Source: Oligoflexia bacterium
Lineage (GTDB): Bacteria; Bdellovibrionota; UBA1018
DNA: 34,270 bases
Direction of reading: 5' to 3'
NCBI GenBank assembly: GCA_043732485.1
Contig: JAYTHP010000105.1
Span: 1-34,270 of the forward strand
Part shown: in pieces, positions 7,889 through 17,526 of the stretch
Layout of the letters: each line of letters opens with the position of its first letter
Position numbering within the stretch: the first letter of the stretch is position 1
Position numbers and translations under genes: made by a program
The notes under the pieces: model-generated
What the model was told of the DNA's origin: nothing
What the model saw: the letters and a program-made list of their open reading frames with translations, nothing else
The model's database searches: none

Positions 7889-10800
7889 ATGACAACGAAC
7901 GTCCGAGATTTTAGGAGTTTTTTTTTGGCCCACGAACGCCTCAACGACAAGGCTGCGATGGATAATCGTGCCAATCTCAATGCCCGCGCTCATGAAAAGG
8001 GCGTGGTGCAGCAGGGGACGGTTTTGTTCAAAGAGTCACTCCTGGTGGGGGGCGTTTTAGGGGGGGTGGCGGCACTGGCGGTGGCGGCTGGCTATTTTTT
8101 AATGCTAGAGGGTGTGAAGCGCCAACAAAAAGCGACTCTTTCGCACGTGGTCAATGACACCACGCTTGCGGTCACCACCCAGGTCCAAACCCAGCTTGCC
8201 TCTTGGATCCAACAACTGAAAGCGCGGGTCGCCGCAGCGCAAGAGCTGTCGCGACTTCTGGCCTTAGCCCGCGGCTTAACCTCCCCTCCCGTCTTACCAC
8301 CTGCCCTGCCCCTCGGGCTGCAAGCGGGCGATGCGGTTGCGGCGGTGGATTTTTACCAGCAAGAGGCACTTTGGTACGACATGGCCTTGTGGCAAGACGT
8401 GAGCGTCCATCAGGGGTTACAGCCCGGTCGTGTGTTGCAACGCATCGGTTATTGGGCCAATAACGGCGTCGGTGTTGGGGCGGCGGTCGTCGCTGCTACT
8501 GCTGCTGACCGCGAGCGCGCCGTGATGCTTGAGACTTTGCAAAACAATGGCATGAAAGAAGAAGCCCTAGTGAGTCAGGCCTATGCTGGGCAGGCGGTTT
8601 TCGCGCTGAGCCCGCTGCTGCCGCTAGAAAAAAAAATCGGCACGCTCGTCGTACCCCTGTTCGTTCCCGCCACTGCAGGACACCGCTTGCCTGAGGGGCT
8701 TTCCCGGTTTCTGGTGGCTCATCTCAGTTTTCAGTCGCTTGAAGCAGCTTTTCATCAAGACGGCAGGTTAAGTTCAGCTTTTTTACTCGATAGCGCCGGG
8801 CATTGGTTGGCCAGTTCGCATGCCTGGTCACCGGAATTAGAGGGACAGGTGAAGTCCTTCTTAAGTCGCGCCACTTCCCTGCCCTCGCCAACAGGAGGAG
8901 TGCCTGCTGCCGCGTTGGGTGGGTTTGCAAATCTCACCGACGGGCGGCTGCGGGTGGTGGTGTTGCCTGCAGCCTTGCATCACGACGCAGCCTTGCAGCG
9001 GCGCTTTCATTCCTACGTTCTGGGATTGTTTTTCTTACTGCTTGGGGCCAGTTATTTGCTCTTTCCGCGCTTGTGGCGCTTGCTCCCGACTGCAGTGCAG
9101 GTCGCCCTCCGTGGCTTACCGCTTGAGCAAGAGCCTGAGTTGAGCGGCGCGGTCTTGCCTGAGAGCAAGGAGGTGGCGGTGATTTTTTGTGCGTACCAGC
9201 CTTTGTATGGCCACCTGCCTAGCGATCAGCCGCAAGCGCTCTTTGAGGAGCTCAATTATTTTTTCAAACTCTCGGCTTCCATCGTGCGTGAATGGGGCGG
9301 GCACTTTCAAAGGCACGGTGGATCGCACTTCGTGGCGCTTTTTGGCTTGCCACAAGCCGAAGCGCACGACACGTTTGAGGCGTTAAAGTGTTTAATTGAG
9401 CTGCGACAGACTTTTTTTGCCATCCATCAAGAAGAACAGACGAGCGGCGAGCGCTTAGGGGCCTACTCGCTTGGTATGCATTCCGGGCCCGTGGTGGTGG
9501 TGCAATCGGGGGTGGCGCCTGAGATGCGCTATACCGGTTTAGGAGAAACCGTCACCATGGCTAAAAGTATCTCCAATTTCGCTGGTCGCATTGGCGCTGA
9601 CGTGCTGGTTTCCGAAAAAAGCTGGGCACTTTTGCAGGGTAAGGGCATGGGATTTGTAAAGGGGCAATTGCGCTTTTCTTCGCTCCCGGAGCCGGTTCCT
9701 TGCTATTTTCCAACCGGTTACACTGATGAAAGTGTGGGCTGGGTGGTGTCGGAGTTTAACAGCATTGGGGAGCACGCCGGGTTGTCGCAAAATCTGGTCG
9801 ATGGCTTTACCATCGGCGCAGGTTTGCTGCGCCGACCCCGGAAAGCGCCTGTAGCAGCGGCCGAACCAGCCGCAGCAGAAGCGGAGCTGCCACCCGCTGC
9901 TGACGACGACGTCAAGAACGACCCACAAGCCGCCCTGTCGTCGCCCGAGACGCCTCCCGAGGCGCCGCCTGCAAAAGAGTCGCTGAGCGCCACCTGGAAG
10001 GTCAACAACGGCTCCCAAGAGCTCGGTCCTTTGAGTCTGCAGCAAATGGCAGGCCTTTTATTTGTGCAAGACATTGATTTTGATAACGAGTGTTGGAGCG
10101 AGGCTGAGCCGGAAAAACGTACGATCGCAGCCTCAGGTTTGTTTGCCCCCAAAGAAGAAGAAAAAAAGGAAGAAGCAAAGGAGAAGGCGGAGGAGGCTGC
10201 AGCGAGCACAAACGTCAGCGTAAACGTCAGCGTAAATGTCAGCGTAAATGTCAGTGACGACCAGGATTTTTGGTGCTTTCATGGCGCGGAGTTGCTTGGT
10301 CCGGTGTCAGCTAGCGCGATCTTGAGACGACGTCAGCTCATCGATCGCTCGCAGGCGTGGATCGCTCAAAGCACCACCTTACTGGGATGGCGCCCGTTTG
10401 AGGCCTGGGAAGTGGAGTGGCAAGCGGCAGTGCAGCAAGCAGAGCAACGGAAGCAAGAGGAGCAACGGAAGCAAGAGCAAGTGAAGCTGGCCCAGCTCAA
10501 GCAAGAGCAACTCAAGCAAGAGGCCTTGAACCTCGAAAAGTTACGGCAGGCTAAGGCTGTCAAGAAGCCTTCTTCCCAGCCGCAGTCCACGGTTGAGGCT
10601 GAGCCAGCCGTGCTTGAGTTGGCTGCCGGGGATGACGACCTGGAGCTGCTGGAGCTTGAAGCGCGCGGCGAGGGGTCGTTGTTGTGGGTGGCGCCTGCAC
10701 CCAGCAGCCCTACGCCGCCACTCCCACAGACCCTACCGACCGCGCGGACAGCGGCAGCAGCCGTGAGCGGGGGTGAGGAACTAGCGCGCTTAGAGTCGTC

Positions 10801-11329
10801 TGAGGCGTTAGCGGAGCTGGAGTGGATCGTGAGTGCTCAGGCGCTAGATCAGCAAGAGCCGTCACTGAAACTTGCCGACTTTTTTGATCAACCTTTAAGT
10901 CCTGGTTTTGAAGGATTACCCAGTCTGCCTGTGCAAAAGACAGAAAAAAAGCGCAGAAACAAAGGCAGTCTTCTGCTCATGGCTTTGAAGCGCTCGCAGG
11001 AACTGGAGCTTGCCGCAAAGCCGCTACCCCCGCCTGAGCCTTCTCGTTTTGGCTTGCAAGACCTTTCAGCGTTTTTGCGTTATGCCGTGAGTGCAAAACC
11101 GTCTCAGGAGCAGTCGGAGCAAGCGTTGCCTGAGGGCGGGAGTGGTCGGCCGCGCTCAGCCTCTCCGGTACTTCCCCTTGCTTCCCCGGCTTTTTTAGCA
11201 GCCGCGGCGGGAAAAACTCAGGAAGCAAAGCCTCAAGCGTCCGCTCCGTTAGCAGCTGAGACCCCTGCTGTTCCGGCATCCCCTCGTGCCCCTGTCGGAC
11301 CGCCTCCGCTAGTCAGACGATCCAGCTAA
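7889..11329 (+). CDS. Membrane protein: two TMs flanking a periplasmic sensor-like domain, a degenerate class III nucleotide cyclase domain, two GYF_2-like motifs and a low-complexity tail
   Basis: TM helices (LLVGGVLGGVAALAVAAGYFL; YVLGLFFLLLGASYLLF), cyclase-like segments (EVAVIFC, ELNYFF, VALFG, GMHSGPVVV, YTGLGETV) and W..NNGSQELGPLS / FW.FHGAELLGPVS. The ORF is open from 7670; the start is uncertain. Confidence 0.75.
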   Translation: MTTNVRDFRSFFLAHERLNDKAAMDNRANLNARAHEKGVVQQGTVLFKESLLVGGVLGGVAALAVAAGYFLMLEGVKRQQKATLSHVVNDTTLAVTTQVQTQLASWIQQLKARVAAAQELSRLLALARGLTSPPVLPPALPLGLQAGDAVAAVDFYQQEALWYDMALWQDVSVHQGLQPGRVLQRIGYWANNGVGVGAAVVAATAADRERAVMLETLQNNGMKEEALVSQAYAGQAVFALSPLLPLEKKIGTLVVPLFVPATAGHRLPEGLSRFLVAHLSFQSLEAAFHQDGRLSSAFLLDSAGHWLASSHAWSPELEGQVKSFLSRATSLPSPTGGVPAAALGGFANLTDGRLRVVVLPAALHHDAALQRRFHSYVLGLFFLLLGASYLLFPRLWRLLPTAVQVALRGLPLEQEPELSGAVLPESKEVAVIFCAYQPLYGHLPSDQPQALFEELNYFFKLSASIVREWGGHFQRHGGSHFVALFGLPQAEAHDTFEALKCLIELRQTFFAIHQEEQTSGERLGAYSLGMHSGPVVVVQSGVAPEMRYTGLGETVTMAKSISNFAGRIGADVLVSEKSWALLQGKGMGFVKGQLRFSSLPEPVPCYFPTGYTDESVGWVVSEFNSIGEHAGLSQNLVDGFTIGAGLLRRPRKAPVAAAEPAAAEAELPPAADDDVKNDPQAALSSPETPPEAPPAKESLSATWKVNNGSQELGPLSLQQMAGLLFVQDIDFDNECWSEAEPEKRTIAASGLFAPKEEEKKEEAKEKAEEAAASTNVSVNVSVNVSVNVSDDQDFWCFHGAELLGPVSASAILRRRQLIDRSQAWIAQSTTLLGWRPFEAWEVEWQAAVQQAEQRKQEEQRKQEQVKLAQLKQEQLKQEALNLEKLRQAKAVKKPSSQPQSTVEAEPAVLELAAGDDDLELLELEARGEGSLLWVAPAPSSPTPPLPQTLPTARTAAAAVSGGEELARLESSEALAELEWIVSAQALDQQEPSLKLADFFDQPLSPGFEGLPSLPVQKTEKKRRNKGSLLLMALKRSQELELAAKPLPPPEPSRFGLQDLSAFLRYAVSAKPSQEQSEQALPEGGSGRPRSASPVLPLASPAFLAAAAGKTQEAKPQASAPLAAETPAVPASPRAPVGPPPLVRRSS
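10211..10258 (+). repeat. Coding 12-bp tandem repeat x4 (NVSV)
   Basis: aacgtcagcgta x2, aatgtcagcgta, aatgtcagtgac. A perfect 18-bp duplication (EQRKQE) also occurs at 10442-10477. Confidence 0.9.
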
Positions 11330-11395
11330 GGAACAAGAGAAAAAGTGCACTCGAATGGGATGGGAGGGGCTTGAGGAGACCGTCAACCTGCGACT

Positions 11396-12118
11396 TTAAG
11401 AACCGCCGACGCCTAGCGGAGAAACCGTCTCATCTAACGAAAAAGGCTGCTCAAGCTCTGCAAGTTTCAAAATATTGGGATAAAAGACTTGATGCATGAG
11501 AATTTTCTCTGCAAAAGAACCTAAAAAGCGTGCCCGCCAGTGATGAGTCATAGCGGTGGCGTGCCCGGTAATCTGAGTTCCTGTGCCGCCGGTCTTTGGC
11601 TCTAGGGTGACTTCCCAGCGGAGATCACTCAAAAGATGGGTCAGTCTTCCGGTGGAGTCCTTGATCACGCGAAAGCTAAGCTTGCTCTCCGGGATCCACT
11701 CAACGACTTGCACCCAGAGGAAAAATTTCTTTGAAGTTCCGCGATTAGGATCAAAATCCAGCTGTAACAGCTGACCTGCTTGCACCAGCGAAAGGTCAGC
11801 GTGGGTGGTCTCGTCAGCGGGGGAAGTCGCAGCAACATCTAGCGAGCTCACTTGCGGGGAGGGTTGCGAGGTGGCAGGGTCAATCACTTTGACCTGCTGC
11901 AAGGAGTAAAACCAATTAGGCCAGCGATGGGTGGAGCTGATCTGGCGATTCAAGGCTGCCCGGTCAAGTTTTGAGGGCATCGAGCGGGTAAACGACAGCT
12001 GATAGTCGGGAGCCAGTGCCCAGTAACTGATGCTACCAGCCAGCACTAGGGCCAGGAGGGCTATGAAGCGGAAAAATGTTGACAAACCGGTCTTTTTTGC
12101 TCGCTCTTTTGATTCCAT
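11396..12118 (-). CDS. Membrane-anchored SRPBCC/START-like hypothetical protein
   Basis: N-terminal TM or signal segment. The WPNWF, VVEWIPESKLSF, WEVTLEP and GTQIT pattern is typical of Bet v1-like folds. Confidence 0.55.
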   Translation of the reverse strand: MESKERAKKTGLSTFFRFIALLALVLAGSISYWALAPDYQLSFTRSMPSKLDRAALNRQISSTHRWPNWFYSLQQVKVIDPATSQPSPQVSSLDVAATSPADETTHADLSLVQAGQLLQLDFDPNRGTSKKFFLWVQVVEWIPESKLSFRVIKDSTGRLTHLLSDLRWEVTLEPKTGGTGTQITGHATAMTHHWRARFLGSFAEKILMHQVFYPNILKLAELEQPFSLDETVSPLGVGGS

Positions 12119-12187
12119 TTATGGTTTAAGTTTGCCATCGCCCACCTCACAAGTCAACCAGAACTTCTGTTTCAGTCCTCCGCTTGG

Positions 12188-12871
12188 ATGGTGGTCAATA
12201 AGCCTGCCGGTTGGTGGACGATCCCAGGTCGGGCGCGATCCAACCTGCTTGGGGCTCGTGAGGACCCGCATCCCTTAGCGGGGCCGTTACCTTCTTCTTT
12301 CTCTTCTTCTCCGCCGATTTTACTCGAGTGGGCTACGCAACAAGCAGGAGGCGGCCGCCTATGGGTGGTGCACCGGCTGGATCAAGACACCAGCGGGGTG
12401 CTACTGTTTGCTCGCACGCCGGAAGCGCATGCTCAAGCTAATTCCTGGTTTTTACTAAAGAAAATAAAAAAAATCTATTGGTGTCTGGCAGCAGGCAAGC
12501 CTGCCGCCCCGTTGTTTAAGCTGACCCATGCGGTTGCAGGAAAGCCTGCAGTTTCGTTGGCTGAAGTGTTAGAGCAATACGGGGAGACTTTTTTAGCCGA
12601 AATCAGGCCTGCCAGTGGTCGTAGGCATCAAATCAGGATTCATTTGGCGCAAGCAGGCTTTCCGCTGCTCGGGGATACCACTTATGGCGGTCCTTTGCAG
12701 GTAGCACCGGATTGGCGCGTGACGCGGGTAGCGTTGCACGCCTTGCGCTTGGTTTTGCCGAGCGGTGAGAGTTTTGAGTGCCCCTTGCCTGCGGATTTTC
12801 AGGGCTGGCGGCAGTCGTTAAAAGCGATGATCGCTCCGGCAAAACCTAGTGGTAGCGGCGGTGGGCCGTGA
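12188..12871 (+). CDS. RluA-family RNA pseudouridine synthase
   Basis: VVNKPAG, VHRLDQDTSG (catalytic Asp), GRRHQIRIHL, LLGDTTYG and LHA motifs. Confidence 0.92.
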   Translation: MVVNKPAGWWTIPGRARSNLLGAREDPHPLAGPLPSSFSSSPPILLEWATQQAGGGRLWVVHRLDQDTSGVLLFARTPEAHAQANSWFLLKKIKKIYWCLAAGKPAAPLFKLTHAVAGKPAVSLAEVLEQYGETFLAEIRPASGRRHQIRIHLAQAGFPLLGDTTYGGPLQVAPDWRVTRVALHALRLVLPSGESFECPLPADFQGWRQSLKAMIAPAKPSGSGGGP

Positions 12872-12954
12872 GCGGCAACGAGGCAGAAGGGGCAGGATAG
12901 AGGTAGGTCATTAATTAAAATGATGCGTAAAAAAAGAAACTATGAGGCGTCTTT

Positions 12955-13995
12955 ATGAGACCCGCTCCCCAGCAGTCTTCTGGCCAAGCGCTCAGCGTCG
13001 CTGCGCTGTTACAACAAGCCTGGGATCGTCGCGTCCGCGGGGGGTTTTTTGTGCGTTCGAGCGCTAACCGGGTGTTTCATGGTCCGGGCGAGGCCGAGGG
13101 TCATGCGGGCGGGCTTGCCAGTCTGGCCATCGATCGTTTTGCTGAGGGCTATTACTGGGTGACGTGTTGGCAGAGCTGTTCGCGAGCCTTAAAGGCGGAA
13201 ATCGTCGCTTTTCTGGTGGCGCAAGGCGCCACATCGGTGGTGGCGTTAGCGCGGCCCTTGCAAGGAGTCGGCAGGTTGCCTGAAACTTGGTGGGGTGAGC
13301 CGGGGGGGCTGGAAGAGTGCCTGGCGGTGTTTGAGTGTCAGGCGACAGGCGGCAGCGAAAGAGGCGTGGTGTGTCGGTATCGCATTCGTTGGGATCAAAA
13401 AACCCGGCATCCTGGGCTTTTTCTCGATCATGCGCCCTTGCGGCAATGGCTGATGACTCATTCCCAAGGGGCCCGGGTGCTGAACACTTTTTGTTACTCC
13501 GGCAGCCTGTCGATTGCGGCGCTCCTCGGGGGGGCTCAAGCGGTGGATCAGCTGGATCTGGCAAAAAGCGCTTTAGAGTGGGCCAAAGACAATTATCGCT
13601 TAAATGAGTTACCGGTGGAGCCAGGGCGTTTTTTGCATGGGGACGTCTTTGAGTGGTTCCCGCGCTTTGCAAAAAAACAGCAGCAGTGGGACACGGTGAT
13701 TTTAGATCCCCCGTCGTTTGCCCAGTCAAAAAAGGGGACTTTTGCCGTGACGCACGATCTCACCCGCCTGATCGGGTTAGCTGTGCCACTGGTGGCGCCG
13801 GGGGGGTGTTTGATTGCTTCGATCAATTCGAGTCAGGTCTCAGTCGCTAAGTTTCAAGACGGCGTGCGGGCGGCGTTAGGGGGGGTGAGTTTTCAGTTGA
13901 TCAAGCTGCTGGATTTGCCTGAGACTTTTCCCACCCTGTTGCAAGATCCCGCCTCGCGATACTTGAAGGGCTGTATTTTAAGGCGGCGGGGTTAG
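12955..13995 (+). CDS. RlmI/RlmK-like class I SAM-dependent rRNA methyltransferase
   Basis: GLFLDH, VLNTFCYSGSLS, VILDPPSF and RYLKG motifs. No obvious N-terminal PUA domain. Confidence 0.85.
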   Translation: MRPAPQQSSGQALSVAALLQQAWDRRVRGGFFVRSSANRVFHGPGEAEGHAGGLASLAIDRFAEGYYWVTCWQSCSRALKAEIVAFLVAQGATSVVALARPLQGVGRLPETWWGEPGGLEECLAVFECQATGGSERGVVCRYRIRWDQKTRHPGLFLDHAPLRQWLMTHSQGARVLNTFCYSGSLSIAALLGGAQAVDQLDLAKSALEWAKDNYRLNELPVEPGRFLHGDVFEWFPRFAKKQQQWDTVILDPPSFAQSKKGTFAVTHDLTRLIGLAVPLVAPGGCLIASINSSQVSVAKFQDGVRAALGGVSFQLIKLLDLPETFPTLLQDPASRYLKGCILRRRG

Positions 13996-14093
13996 CTTTG
14001 AAGGGGGGGAGGTGTCGCGTGGCTTTTTTCGCGGCAGGAAAGTGGAAAGCGGTAGCCAGTGGCAGCGGGCTCATGCTAACTTAAAATTCTCTT

Positions 14094-14747
14094 ATGATTC
14101 ATGAATGGCTAAAAATTTGGTTTAGTTGGGTCGAGCACTGGGGTTATGGGGGCGTTTTTGTGCTGATGGCCATGGAAAGCTCGATTATTCCCGTGCCCTC
14201 AGAAATTGTGCTCCCGCCTGCAGCCTATTGGGCTGCTCAGGGTCGCATGGAGCTGGGCGGGGTGATTTTGGCAGGGACGCTGGGCAGTTATTTTGGCTCA
14301 GTGCTCAACTATGGCGTTGCGCGCTGGTTAGGGATGCCTTTTTTAAAACGTTACGGGAAATACTTTTTCCTTTCCCCGCAAAAACTGATCATGGCGGAAG
14401 CGTGGGTGGCAGATTTTGGTCAGTTAGGGATTTTTTTCGCTCGCCTCTTGCCGGTGGTGCGCCACTTGATCTCCTTGCCTGCCGGGGTCTTTCGCATGCC
14501 CTTTACAGGCTTTAGTGTGATGACGCTGCTGGGTGCCGGGTTATGGTGCTCGCTGTTAGCGTGGTTTGGCCAAGAAGTGTTGGGCAGCGCCCCGCAGTTG
14601 CTGGAATCGCCCGAGCAGATGATGGCTGTGATGCATGAAAAGATGATTTGGTGGGTGTTAGGCGTCGCCTTGCTCTGCGGGTTGTATTTATTGGTGGTGA
14701 TTTATCAAAAAGGCAGCAGCCGCACTCCAGCGCAAGAGCAAGTCTGA
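14094..14747 (+). CDS. DedA family membrane protein
   Basis: MESSIIPVPSEIVLP, GTLGS...NYGVAR and FARLLPVVRHLISLPAG motifs. Confidence 0.92.
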   Translation: MIHEWLKIWFSWVEHWGYGGVFVLMAMESSIIPVPSEIVLPPAAYWAAQGRMELGGVILAGTLGSYFGSVLNYGVARWLGMPFLKRYGKYFFLSPQKLIMAEAWVADFGQLGIFFARLLPVVRHLISLPAGVFRMPFTGFSVMTLLGAGLWCSLLAWFGQEVLGSAPQLLESPEQMMAVMHEKMIWWVLGVALLCGLYLLVVIYQKGSSRTPAQEQV

Positions 14748-14867
14748 GATCACGGGGAGCTTCAGAGAAGCAGACCCGTAAAAAAATACGAGCGTCACTA
14801 GATTAAAAAAGACCAAAAATGTAACCTAAAACGACAATCAAAAATTCAAAAGGAGTCGGTGCCTATG

Positions 14868-15440
14868 AAATCATTAAAAAAAATCAGTTGGAGCTTGAGT
14901 TGGGGCGTGGTCTGCTTACTGGCCTTACCGCGAGCCGCCTCCGCGTTCGAGTTGTCGGTCTTAGGCACGGCAAGCTTGTCGCGCTATCAATTACAACCCG
15001 CTCCGACCTCTCAGACCAGTGGCGCGGGATTTGGCTTGGGGGTGTTAGCGGCCACTGATTTGACACCGGCGCTGAGTCTTGAGTCAGGTGCGTTATTTTT
15101 TAATCACTTTTTTTCTTACGTCAGCGATTCCAATGTCGTGCACGTGCAAACGGGCTTGGTAAAAATCCCACTGTGGTTGAGCGTGTCACCGATGGAAATG
15201 CTGGCTGTGAAGGTGGGTCCTTATTTCGCGATTGCTGAGTCGGCTAGTCCCGGCAGCTTGAGCTCGGATTATGGTTTTCATGTCGGTGGCAGCTTGTTGT
15301 TGCCGCTAGCTCCGGAGAGCCGTTTTCGCTTCGATTTGTTGTATGAATACGGCTTAGCCTCACTGAGCGCAGCGAATTTGACGACCCAAAACTCAAGAAA
15401 TATCCTGATTTTAGCGGGGATTGATATCAGCTTTTTTTGA
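14868..15440 (+). CDS. Small outer-membrane beta-barrel protein (porin/OMP_b-brl-like)
   Basis: Signal peptide ending ASA, alternating beta strands, IPLWL, VGPYFA and YEYGL segments, C-terminal Phe. AGGAG RBS upstream; the start is probably GTG 14859 or ATG 14865, so the stated start is approximate. Confidence 0.65.
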   Translation, partial: KSLKKISWSLSWGVVCLLALPRAASAFELSVLGTASLSRYQLQPAPTSQTSGAGFGLGVLAATDLTPALSLESGALFFNHFFSYVSDSNVVHVQTGLVKIPLWLSVSPMEMLAVKVGPYFAIAESASPGSLSSDYGFHVGGSLLLPLAPESRFRFDLLYEYGLASLSAANLTTQNSRNILILAGIDISFF

Positions 15441-16438
15441 CACAGCAAGCGCACAGAGAGAGCCTAAGCGGGGTGGGTTTGGGGAGAGTTGCGAAGGGGT
15501 GTGTGGGAGGGGAAGGGGTGGTCGTGAGCGCAGCGTCGGTGTTCGTAGCAGGGGTGATGGGTGGGCCGCAAGTGGCGCAGTCACTGTCGCCGGCTATTTT
15601 TCGTGCGCTTGGGCGGGCCTTTGCGGTTCCAGTGTCCTATCATCCTTGGCCGTTGCAATCGGCGGAGGAGCAAGAGGGGGCGCGCCGTTTTTTGCGTCAG
15701 TGTCCTAATGTCACCGGGTTTAACGTCACCGCTCCGCTGAAGCAAATCGTGCACGGTTGGGTGGATCACTGCTCTGACGTCGCAAGTCGCGTACGGGCGG
15801 TCAACGTGGTTGCGGTGCAGCCCGGGTCCTCCTCTGCGAGTACGTGGGTAGGACATAATACCGATGTGCTCGCCTTACAAAAGATCATCCGTCGGCATGA
15901 CATGGAGCTTGCGGGCAAGGAGGCGTTGGTGTTGGGCGCAGGCGGGGCAGCGCGCGCCGTGCTCTACGGGCTAGCAGCAGCCGGGGTGCAGCGGATTTGG
16001 GTGGTCAATCGCTCACCTCAGAAAGCCACATCACTGTTGGCTGAGTTCCAAGTGCTTTTTCCGCAGACGGTTTTTGTGTTTTTAGCCAAAGAGGACTGGC
16101 AAGCACCCTTGCCTGCGATGCGCGTCATTGTCAATGCCGCAACTCCAGCAGCGAAGGGGGGTGGAGGCAACGGCGGCGGTGGGTGGCTGGAGCAGGGGCG
16201 TGTTCCTGTGGAGCGCAAGGCTTGGGCTGTGGATCTGGTCTACGGCAAAGCGGTGACGCCGTTTTTGCAGCAGCAGGTGAACGGTGGTGGTTGTTTACCG
16301 GTGAGTGGGCTTGAGTTGCTGATTGATCAAGCGCTTGAGAGTTGGAAGATCTGGCAGGGGGCTGATGCTTTGGCTGGGCAGGAACGGTATTGGGAGCAGA
16401 CCTTAATGAGTGAGTTAACGAGGGAGCTAGAGCGATGA
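15437..16438 (+). CDS. aroE: Shikimate dehydrogenase (start uncertain)
   Basis: SLSP, GFNVTAPLK, AVN, GHNTD, GAGGAARA, VNRS, DLVY and GLELLIDQA motifs. Confidence 0.88.
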   Translation: MTQQAHRESLSGVGLGRVAKGCVGGEGVVVSAASVFVAGVMGGPQVAQSLSPAIFRALGRAFAVPVSYHPWPLQSAEEQEGARRFLRQCPNVTGFNVTAPLKQIVHGWVDHCSDVASRVRAVNVVAVQPGSSSASTWVGHNTDVLALQKIIRRHDMELAGKEALVLGAGGAARAVLYGLAAAGVQRIWVVNRSPQKATSLLAEFQVLFPQTVFVFLAKEDWQAPLPAMRVIVNAATPAAKGGGGNGGGGWLEQGRVPVERKAWAVDLVYGKAVTPFLQQQVNGGGCLPVSGLELLIDQALESWKIWQGADALAGQERYWEQTLMSELTRELER

Positions 16439-17526
16439 AAGCGCGTAAAAAGAAGACAGAAAGTTACCCAGCGCCGCGCCGCTCCGAGCGCATTTACTTA
16501 GCAGGATTCATGGGGGTGGGGAAGTCGACGTTAGCGCAGGCGCTGGCAGCAGAGTTGGGTTGGAGTGCTGTGGACTTAGACGCCCAGGTGGAGGAGCGGG
16601 CCGGCAAATCGATTCAGGCTATTTTTCGTGATGACGGGGAGCAGGGTTTTCGCAAGCTTGAGTCGCAGGCCTTAAGGGCGCTGCCGTTTGGTGGGGTGCC
16701 GCAGGTGATCGCCTTAGGTGGCGGCACGCTGCTGGACGCGGATAATTTGCTCTGGGTCTTGCACACCGGCTGGAGTGTGCATCTCGAGGAGTCGCTGGTG
16801 ACCTTACAAGAGCGCTTGCGACAAGAGGCGACGCGCGTCAGACCGTTGTTGCAGGATGGGTGGGGGTCGCTCCCCGGTGAGGCGCGTCGCGTTGAGCAGC
16901 AAGCGCTTTTGCAAGGCTTTTGGTTGCAACGTCAGCCGGGTTACCAAAAACTGGATCATCACTGCGTGCTGACCGGGAAGACCGTGGAGGAAGCTTGCCA
17001 GGAGCTGAGGGCGAGTTGGCAAAAAACCACGGTGCCAGCAAAAGTGTCGCTGGCGAAGCGGCGGGACTTGGGACTCAATTTTTTAGTCTTGCATGGACCG
17101 AATCTCAATTTATTGGGCTTGCGTGATCCGCTGATTTACGGCGATTTGACGCTGCCACAGGTGAATTTACGCTTGAAGAAACACGCAAGCCTGCTGGGTT
17201 GTCGGCTTGACGCTGTGCAAGCCAACGGTGAGGGGCAACTGATTGACCTCTTGCATGCGGCAAGAAAAGACCGGGATGGCCTGATTTTTAATCCCGCCGC
17301 CTACACCCACACCTCCCTGGCGCTGCGCGATGCGGTGGAGGCGATTGGCGTACCTTGCGTGGAAGTGCACTTTTCTGACGTGCAAAACCGTGAGCCTTTT
17401 CGCAGGCACTCGGTGATTGCGCCGGTGTGTTTACGGAGCATCTCGGGTTGGGGGGGCTGGCATTCCTACTTAGGGGCGCTGCATTTCTTAAAATCACACC
17501 TCGCCGCTCGCCACTTAAAGCGCTAG
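16435..17526 (+). CDS. aroK-aroQ: Shikimate kinase fused to type II 3-dehydroquinate dehydratase
   Basis: N-terminal half has GFMGVGKST, FRKLE, LGGG and RPLL. C-terminal half has HGPNLNLLGLRDP.IYG, NPAAYTHTS and EVHFSD..REPFRRHS. Confidence 0.92.
   Translation: MKARKKKTESYPAPRRSERIYLAGFMGVGKSTLAQALAAELGWSAVDLDAQVEERAGKSIQAIFRDDGEQGFRKLESQALRALPFGGVPQVIALGGGTLLDADNLLWVLHTGWSVHLEESLVTLQERLRQEATRVRPLLQDGWGSLPGEARRVEQQALLQGFWLQRQPGYQKLDHHCVLTGKTVEEACQELRASWQKTTVPAKVSLAKRRDLGLNFLVLHGPNLNLLGLRDPLIYGDLTLPQVNLRLKKHASLLGCRLDAVQANGEGQLIDLLHAARKDRDGLIFNPAAYTHTSLALRDAVEAIGVPCVEVHFSDVQNREPFRRHSVIAPVCLRSISGWGGWHSYLGALHFLKSHLAARHLKR

Noticed and set aside
13064..13729. 221-aa antisense ORF and the many other short overlapping ORFs in the track
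   Set aside because: Shadow ORFs opposite well-supported genes, with no motifs.
14752..14786. Intrinsic terminator after dedA
   Set aside because: The hairpin is interrupted and is followed by an A-run rather than a U-run.
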